From a virus (lineage: Duplodnaviria; Caudoviricetes), in the IMG/VR virus record IMGVR_UViG_3300049173_000141, positions 1 to 30,518 of that record: DNA of 30,518 nucleotides, one strand, 5' to 3'. A model generated the notes under the pieces. The model did no database searches, was not told the DNA's origin, and saw only the letters and a program-made list of their open reading frames with translations. Of the stretch, positions 25,840 through 30,518 are shown one piece after another; the first letter of the stretch is position 1, and each line of letters begins with the position of its first letter. The translations under genes and the position numbers were made by a program.

Positions 25840-25908
25840 ACTGTAGATTCAAAAAGAGTCAGAGTCAACTAGACTCTTTTGTAAAGAGTCGGAAAGAGTC
25901 CATGATTC
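25840..25908. promoter_or_regulatory. Divergent promoters and repeated AGAGTC/GACTCT operator
   Basis: Minus strand: TTGACT-17-TACAGT (25868-25840). Plus strand: TTGTAA-16-CATGAT (25879-25906). AGAGTC at 25855, 25861, 25885, 25895; inverted copy at 25872. Confidence 0.75.
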
Positions 25909-25912
25909 AGGC

Positions 25913-26488
25913 ATGGAACCAAAGCAACAAGTGCCGTACCCGCTGCGCATGCCAGCGGAGTTGCGGGAGCGCCTGGAAAAAGCGGCGAAAAAAAGCGATC
26001 GGTCGATGAATAGCGAGGTCGTCGCGCGGCTGCAGCTGACGTTCGACCCGAGCGCTCAGGCTGACAACGAAGCGCTACTACGCAAGATTTCGCACCTTGA
26101 AGGGCAAATTGCTGGTGCCCAGGCTGCTTTCGAGTTTTTGGTGACGAGCACAACCAACAGAATTTCAGATGGGGCAAAGCTTCTAGAAGCCGCAGTTAGC
26201 CTTGCGTCGTATTACGCTTCTGCCGCCGATGACTTGCTCCACGTGGTTGACGAGTTGTATGACGGCAACGTGCTTGACCGCAAGAGCATCGACTGGAGCA
26301 TCAAGGCGTTCAAGACTTTCCACCACGACTCTGCAACGACCTTGGCAAAACTGAAGGCAGCAGACGAAGAGTTCATGGCGACGCCGCTGCCATCGCAGCT
26401 GTACTCTCGAGATGTCACCGCGGCAACAGCTTCAAAGCCGCCGGCGAAAAGGCGTCCGGCGGTCAAGCAGAAGCGCACGCCAAGTTAA
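25913..26488 (+). CDS. Arc-family DNA-binding protein with C-terminal helical extension
   Basis: PYPLRMPAELRERLEKAAKKSDRSMNSEVVARLQLTF. Confidence 0.88.
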   Translation: MEPKQQVPYPLRMPAELRERLEKAAKKSDRSMNSEVVARLQLTFDPSAQADNEALLRKISHLEGQIAGAQAAFEFLVTSTTNRISDGAKLLEAAVSLASYYASAADDLLHVVDELYDGNVLDRKSIDWSIKAFKTFHHDSATTLAKLKAADEEFMATPLPSQLYSRDVTAATASKPPAKRRPAVKQKRTPS

Positions 26489-26508
26489 ATCGTTGACGCT
26501 GTTGCGGT

Positions 26509-26546
26509 CAATCCCCTTGTTGGAGTGCGTGGCAGGCGCTCAGAAT
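26509..26546 (+). promoter_or_regulatory. Putative late promoter 3 (CAATCCCCTTGTT ... CAGAAT)
   Basis: 13-mer identical to that at 1310. Upstream of the lysis cassette. Confidence 0.6.
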
Positions 26547-26592
26547 CTCCCCACCACACACCACCGGGCTTGCGGTTCCACCAAGGAACCCC

Positions 26593-26907
26593 ATGCCTAC
26601 CAATCCTACGGTGCCGGCCGAATCCGGCAATTCCTCCAGCCCTGAAATCGCTGCGATTCACGCGCGGCTCGATGAGGGGGAGGAACGCATGGCGCGCATT
26701 GAGCGCAACCTGGCGGCCAACACCGCAGCGACAGCGCGCGTTGAAACCAACACGACCGATCTGATCGGATTGTTCGAGACCTTCAAAGGGGGCTTCAAGG
26801 CACTCGAAGGACTGGGCAAGATCGCCAAGCCGGTTGGGGCGATCGTCGGGCTCGGTGCCGCGCTCGTGAGCCTCTGGGCGGCGTTCAAGGGCGTGTTCGG
26901 CAAATGA
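26593..26907 (+). CDS. Putative holin (coiled coil plus C-terminal TM helix)
   Basis: PVGAIVGLGAALVSLWAAF hydrophobic segment. Immediately upstream of, and coupled to, the endolysin. Confidence 0.6.
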   Translation: MPTNPTVPAESGNSSSPEIAAIHARLDEGEERMARIERNLAANTAATARVETNTTDLIGLFETFKGGFKALEGLGKIAKPVGAIVGLGAALVSLWAAFKGVFGK

Positions 26908-27464
26908 CCGCCAAAACGAAGCTGGTCGGCACCATCATCGTCGCCGGCGCCACTCTCGTTGCCGGCAGTCCATTCCTGATGGACTTCCTGCAGAAGTGGG
27001 AGAGCGGCAAAAGCCGCGTGCTGGTGGTCTACCCCGACAAGCTCGCCGGCGGGCTGCCCACCGTCTGCAATGGCTTGACCAAGCACGTCACTTCGACGCC
27101 CATCGTCGTGGGTGAACGCTGGAGCGAGGCGAAGTGCGAGACCGAGGAGCGGGCAGCTGTGACCCGGATGCAGCAGCACCTGGCGCCGTGCTTCAAGCGC
27201 GCGCCGAACCAGATGGTCTGGGACATGGCCAGCAGCCACGCATGGAATCTCGGGCCGGCCGCGACTTGCGGCAGCGGCGCGATGGCAGCGTGGAACCGCG
27301 GGCAGTGGGCCCTGGGCTGCCAGCGCATCGCACGCGGCGATGACGGCACGCTCGTGTGGTCGTACACCTGCAAGACGGTGGCTGGCCAGCGACAGTGCAC
27401 ATTCGTTCAGGGCTTGGCCAACCGCCGTGCCGATGAAGCTGCGACGTGCGGCGGGGCGCTGTGA
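26904..27464 (+). CDS. SAR endolysin, GH24 lysozyme
   Basis: N-terminal Gly/Ala-rich hydrophobic SAR segment; WESG...YPDKLAGGLPTVCNG catalytic E-D-T; FVQGLANRR. Confidence 0.88.
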   Translation: MTAKTKLVGTIIVAGATLVAGSPFLMDFLQKWESGKSRVLVVYPDKLAGGLPTVCNGLTKHVTSTPIVVGERWSEAKCETEERAAVTRMQQHLAPCFKRAPNQMVWDMASSHAWNLGPAATCGSGAMAAWNRGQWALGCQRIARGDDGTLVWSYTCKTVAGQRQCTFVQGLANRRADEAATCGGAL

Positions 27465-28009
27465 TGTTGCCCGATCTCAAGACCCCATTGCTTTGGGTCC
27501 TCGGGCTTGCGCTCGTGGGCGCGCTGGCCACGGCCGGCATCGAGCGCACGCGGGCAGCTGGTGCTCGTGCCGATGCCGCGACCGCGCGCAAGGATCTCGC
27601 CGACTACCGTGCTTCACAGGCCGAATCCGGCCGTATGGCCGAGCGTGCCGCGCGTACCCAAGAACAGATCTGGCGCGCTCGCGTCGATGGAGTGATTCAA
27701 GATGGTCAACAGAAAATTGCCCAGTACCGCGCTGATGCTGATCGCGCTGGTGCTGCTGAACGCCGGATGCGCGCACGACTCAACGCCTTCCGTGCCGCCG
27801 TCCGTGCAGCCAGCGCAGCGCCCAGCACTCCCAGCGGAAGCCCGCCAGCCGAAGCCGCCCTCGATCTGCTCACCGAGCTGCTCGGCGGGAGTGGAGCGGC
27901 TCTTCGGGAATTGGGGCGATTCGCTGACGCTGCCCACGGCGCCGGCACAGTCTGTGAGCGGGCCTGGGACGCCGGCGCACAAGCAGCGAACGGCGAGCCG
28001 GGGCGATGA
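27464..28009 (+). CDS. Rz-like inner-membrane spanin
   Basis: TGATG coupling. N-terminal TM helix, coiled coil, C-terminal FADAAHGAGTVCERAWD. Confidence 0.8.
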   Translation: MLPDLKTPLLWVLGLALVGALATAGIERTRAAGARADAATARKDLADYRASQAESGRMAERAARTQEQIWRARVDGVIQDGQQKIAQYRADADRAGAAERRMRARLNAFRAAVRAASAAPSTPSGSPPAEAALDLLTELLGGSGAALRELGRFADAAHGAGTVCERAWDAGAQAANGEPGR

Positions 28010-28022
28010 ATATGTGAAATAG
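27702..28022 (+). CDS. Rz1-like outer-membrane lipoprotein spanin (overlapping Rz)
   Basis: SD GGAG at 27689-92. Signal peptide with lipobox-like LNAG-C; Pro-rich; +1 frame of Rz. Confidence 0.8.
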   Translation: MVNRKLPSTALMLIALVLLNAGCAHDSTPSVPPSVQPAQRPALPAEARQPKPPSICSPSCSAGVERLFGNWGDSLTLPTAPAQSVSGPGTPAHKQRTASRGDEYVK

Positions 28023-28157
28023 TCACATTTCCTACCCGGCTCTGAATCTTCATCCGACAGGACTTTTCAAAGTGCGGCATATCTTCGAGTTCCCCCCGCG
28101 GGGGCGATGCGGGAAGGCAATGGCCTAGAAGAGAACGCATCGAACGAGATAAGAAAC

Positions 28158-28451
28158 ATGCCTTTGCTCTACTTGCTTTACCTCCAGACCGTTGTGCTGC
28201 CTAAGGTGGTGACCAGGCCGGAAGACGTTCAGTATGGGAGCGTATTGAAGGCGACCGGGCTCGTCGACGCGGACATAGCACCTGCGGCAGATGGCGGTGG
28301 CAAGTACTCCGTGGCGCGAACAGCCACTGTCACGCGTATCACTGAAGACGGCATGGCGGAAATCGCTAAGCTGCTCCTCACGCCGCGGCGCACGCCAAGG
28401 ACACAGCAGATGACGCGGGACAGGATGCGGAGCATTCCCTCATCGGCCTGA
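28158..28451 (+). CDS. Hypothetical protein
   Basis: MPLLYLLYLQTVVLP...VTRITEDGMAEI. Start uncertain (28107 possible). Confidence 0.6.
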   Translation: MPLLYLLYLQTVVLPKVVTRPEDVQYGSVLKATGLVDADIAPAADGGGKYSVARTATVTRITEDGMAEIAKLLLTPRRTPRTQQMTRDRMRSIPSSA

Positions 28452-28489
28452 TCGCCCCCGCACGCCTCGCCGCTTGTAGCTACGAGGGT

Positions 28490-28837
28490 TCAATGCGGTT
28501 CATGGTTGCTCGCGGCGGCAGCTTGCAGCAGCTCGAGAGACAAGGTGGCCGGCAGATTGTGCACCTCGCAGTACCAGACCTGATAACACCATCGGCCATT
28601 CACCTGCTCAGTGCCGGCAAAGCTGATGGTGTCGAGCGCGCAGGCAACAATCTCGGGGCGCCATAGGATGCCCAGTGGTGGTGGCAGAGTGTCCGGGCGG
28701 GCCTCCCACAGTCCGAGTTGCTGCCTGCCTTCCACGGGCCGCAGGGTCAGCATTCCGCACAGCCATGGCTGGTCGACGAACTCCCGCTTGCTCAATCGCG
28801 TGCCACCGCGGTACCTGGGCTTCATCTTCACTCGCAT
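28490..28837 (-). CDS. Hypothetical protein, apparent paralog of 29094-29414
   Basis: MRVKMKPRYRGG...ISFAGTEQVNGRWCYQVWYCEV. Confidence 0.7.
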   Translation of the reverse strand: MRVKMKPRYRGGTRLSKREFVDQPWLCGMLTLRPVEGRQQLGLWEARPDTLPPPLGILWRPEIVACALDTISFAGTEQVNGRWCYQVWYCEVHNLPATLSLELLQAAAASNHEPH

Positions 28838-29097
28838 GACTCGTCCCTCGCAGCATTCGGCAGCAATGTCGGGATCTCGTGTATGACCGCCCGGATGTGG
28901 TCGCCTGCGTTGCGGTCCCAGTCCCCATACAGATCGCCGATGCGCGCGCACCGGCCGGCGACGTGGTCGGCAAACTCTCGAAGGGAAGCGCGCATGGGTT
29001 CGCCCGCGCCGATCTCGCCCGCCCGCCGAGCCATCTCCAGCAGCTCATCCTCTATGGTGACAGCGGCGGCGCTTACCTTTGATGCATCGCCGCTCAC
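28828..29097 (-). CDS. Hypothetical protein
   Basis: GTG start in a GTGA overlap with the upstream stop; SD GGAG; helical product. Confidence 0.6.
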   Translation of the reverse strand: MSGDASKVSAAAVTIEDELLEMARRAGEIGAGEPMRASLREFADHVAGRCARIGDLYGDWDRNAGDHIRAVIHEIPTLLPNAARDESCE

Positions 29098-29414
29098 GGT
29101 GATCTCCGGTAGACATCCAACACGGTGCAATCCCATTCCTGAACGCACCAACTCAGCTCGGGCGTGATCTCCCAGCCCATGAACCGGATCACTTCGCCCG
29201 AGACCTCGGTCACCTTGGCCTCGAAAAGCTCGGGGCCTGGCATGCGAAGCCCCGGATAGCCTTGCCGAGGCTCCAAATGAATCGTCAGGTACGGCACTTG
29301 GCGGTCCCACACCATCTTGCGCATTGTCACCAGGTCGCCTGTGAACCCTTCCGTCTTGCGGAAGCGGGCGATGAAACGGCCTGCCTCTCGACGCAGCTCA
29401 ACTCGGACTCTCAT
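29094..29414 (-). CDS. Probably LexA-controlled hypothetical protein
   Basis: ATG 1 nt from the LexA box. MRVRVELRREAG...IRFMGWE...VQEWDCTV. Confidence 0.7.
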   Translation of the reverse strand: MRVRVELRREAGRFIARFRKTEGFTGDLVTMRKMVWDRQVPYLTIHLEPRQGYPGLRMPGPELFEAKVTEVSGEVIRFMGWEITPELSWCVQEWDCTVLDVYRRSP

Positions 29415-29415
29415 G

Positions 29416-29431
29416 CTGTATAAATATACAG
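29416..29431. promoter_or_regulatory. LexA (SOS) box
   Basis: CTGTATAAATATACAG is the canonical CTGT-N8-ACAG with an AT-only spacer. Confidence 0.92.
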
Positions 29432-29488
29432 TATTTTGAGCTACAGGGCGACATGGACAGCGGCGGATCGACGCGGCCAAAATGCCCC

Positions 29489-30223
29489 ATGTGCTCCCAC
29501 TACCAAGCCGAGAAACGCCGCCGTCAGCTGGAAAAAATGGGCATCAAGCTGCCGCCCCATTGGGAGCCGCCGCCCGGTGGCATGCACATCTATCCGACGC
29601 AGATGGCGCCGTTCATCCGCCGGCCGCCGGAGCGCGATTCAGGGGACGAGTCGGTGCCGGACATGGAGCTGGTGGAGGGGCACTTTGGCCTGCTGCCTGG
29701 ATTCGCGAAGGAAGTGAAATACGGCCTGCGGACATACAACGCGCGCACCGAGACCGTCGCGCAGCTCGCCAGCTTCAAGAACGCCTGGGCGAAGCCGCGG
29801 CACTGCATCATTCCGTGCGAGGCGATCTACGAGCCGGATTGGCGCACGGGCAAGGCCATCCCGACTCGTTTCACCGCCGCCAACGATGAGACCCTCGGCG
29901 TGGCCGGGCTCTGGTCTCCCTGGAAGAACCCGGCGACGGGCGAGTGGGAGTTGAGCTTCACGATGCTCACGATCAACGCCGACGACCATCCGCTGTTCAT
30001 GCACATGCACCGGCCGGACCCGAAGCGGCCGCCTCACATGCAGGACAAGCGCCTGGTCGTGATCCTGCCGCCGGCGCAATACGAACCCTGGCTCGATGCA
30101 ACGCCGCAGGAATCGTTCGAGTTCATGCGCCAGTACCCGGCCGAGCGCCTGGCCATGACGCCGGAGCCTCTACCAGCCAAGAAGGCCGCAGTTGAACCTC
30201 CAGAAGATCCGTTGTTACTGTGA
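29489..30223 (+). CDS. SOS response-associated peptidase (SRAP/HMCES/YedK family)
   Basis: Start MCSHY places the catalytic Cys at the N-terminus. TYNARTET, HCIIPCEAIYEP, VAGLW, SFTMLTINA, KRLVVIL. Confidence 0.93.
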   Translation: MCSHYQAEKRRRQLEKMGIKLPPHWEPPPGGMHIYPTQMAPFIRRPPERDSGDESVPDMELVEGHFGLLPGFAKEVKYGLRTYNARTETVAQLASFKNAWAKPRHCIIPCEAIYEPDWRTGKAIPTRFTAANDETLGVAGLWSPWKNPATGEWELSFTMLTINADDHPLFMHMHRPDPKRPPHMQDKRLVVILPPAQYEPWLDATPQESFEFMRQYPAERLAMTPEPLPAKKAAVEPPEDPLLL

Positions 30224-30236
30224 ACAGCCAGCTTGA

Positions 30237-30518
30237 TCAGTGCAAGCCGGGCTTGGGGTCCGGTGCCGGCCCTTCGGATGGCTCCGCTTCCATCTCTGGA
30301 TGCTCGTAGCTCAGCGTCGCGAACGCCACGAGGGCTGACTCGCGCGGCGGGCGATCACGATTCAACGGGTAGAGGGTCGCGGCAAAGCCTGCGAGCCATT
30401 CATGGTCGACCATCCCTTCGCACAGCTCGTGGAACTCTCTCGAGAATTCGAGCCACCACGCTTCTTGATCTGTCAGGACGACGCCAGCGATAACGATGGG
30501 TTTGGCCGGCTTCCACAT
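30237..30518 (-). CDS. Hypothetical protein (ATG at the window edge)
   Basis: 93 aa, normal composition, convergent with SRAP. May extend beyond the window. Confidence 0.55.
   Translation of the reverse strand: MWKPAKPIVIAGVVLTDQEAWWLEFSREFHELCEGMVDHEWLAGFAATLYPLNRDRPPRESALVAFATLSYEHPEMEAEPSEGPAPDPKPGLH

Noticed and set aside
28010-30518. Prophage attachment site, integrase or tRNA
   Set aside because: None recognisable. The element boundary cannot be placed from this window, and the SOS island could be phage cargo or flank.

Overview
The window is the late (morphogenesis to lysis) half of a GC-rich, probably temperate podovirus with an N4-gp56-type major capsid protein. A betaproteobacterial host is an inference from the lysis genes and the CTGT-N8-ACAG LexA box. 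Gene order on the + strand: scaffold, CsrA-fold protein, MCP, decoration, HeH/Rho-N protein, two head-tail adaptors, tail fibre plus three small tip proteins, tail nozzle, tail-tip cluster, GNAT, gp7-like ejection protein, methyltransferase-PAPS-reductase-like fusion, second ejection protein, and a 2689-aa polyvalent ejection protein. A divergent Arc/Mnt-like pair with a repeated operator, a holin/SAR-endolysin/Rz-Rz1 cassette and a LexA-box/SRAP island follow. The most notable unexplained signals are: (1) protein-like ORFs overprinted in the +1 frame of the giant gene, two with strong Shine-Dalgarno sites and one behind an internal sigma70-like promoter, possibly built-in antidotes; (2) a CsrA-fold gene beside a multi-hairpin MCP leader, with GC-AAGA(G/T)-GC hairpins over several structural start codons; (3) a CAAYCCCCTTGTT motif heading three late transcription units; (4) a leader-bearing ejection protein flanked by modifying enzymes. 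All family calls are by eye from motifs and synteny; no searches were run.
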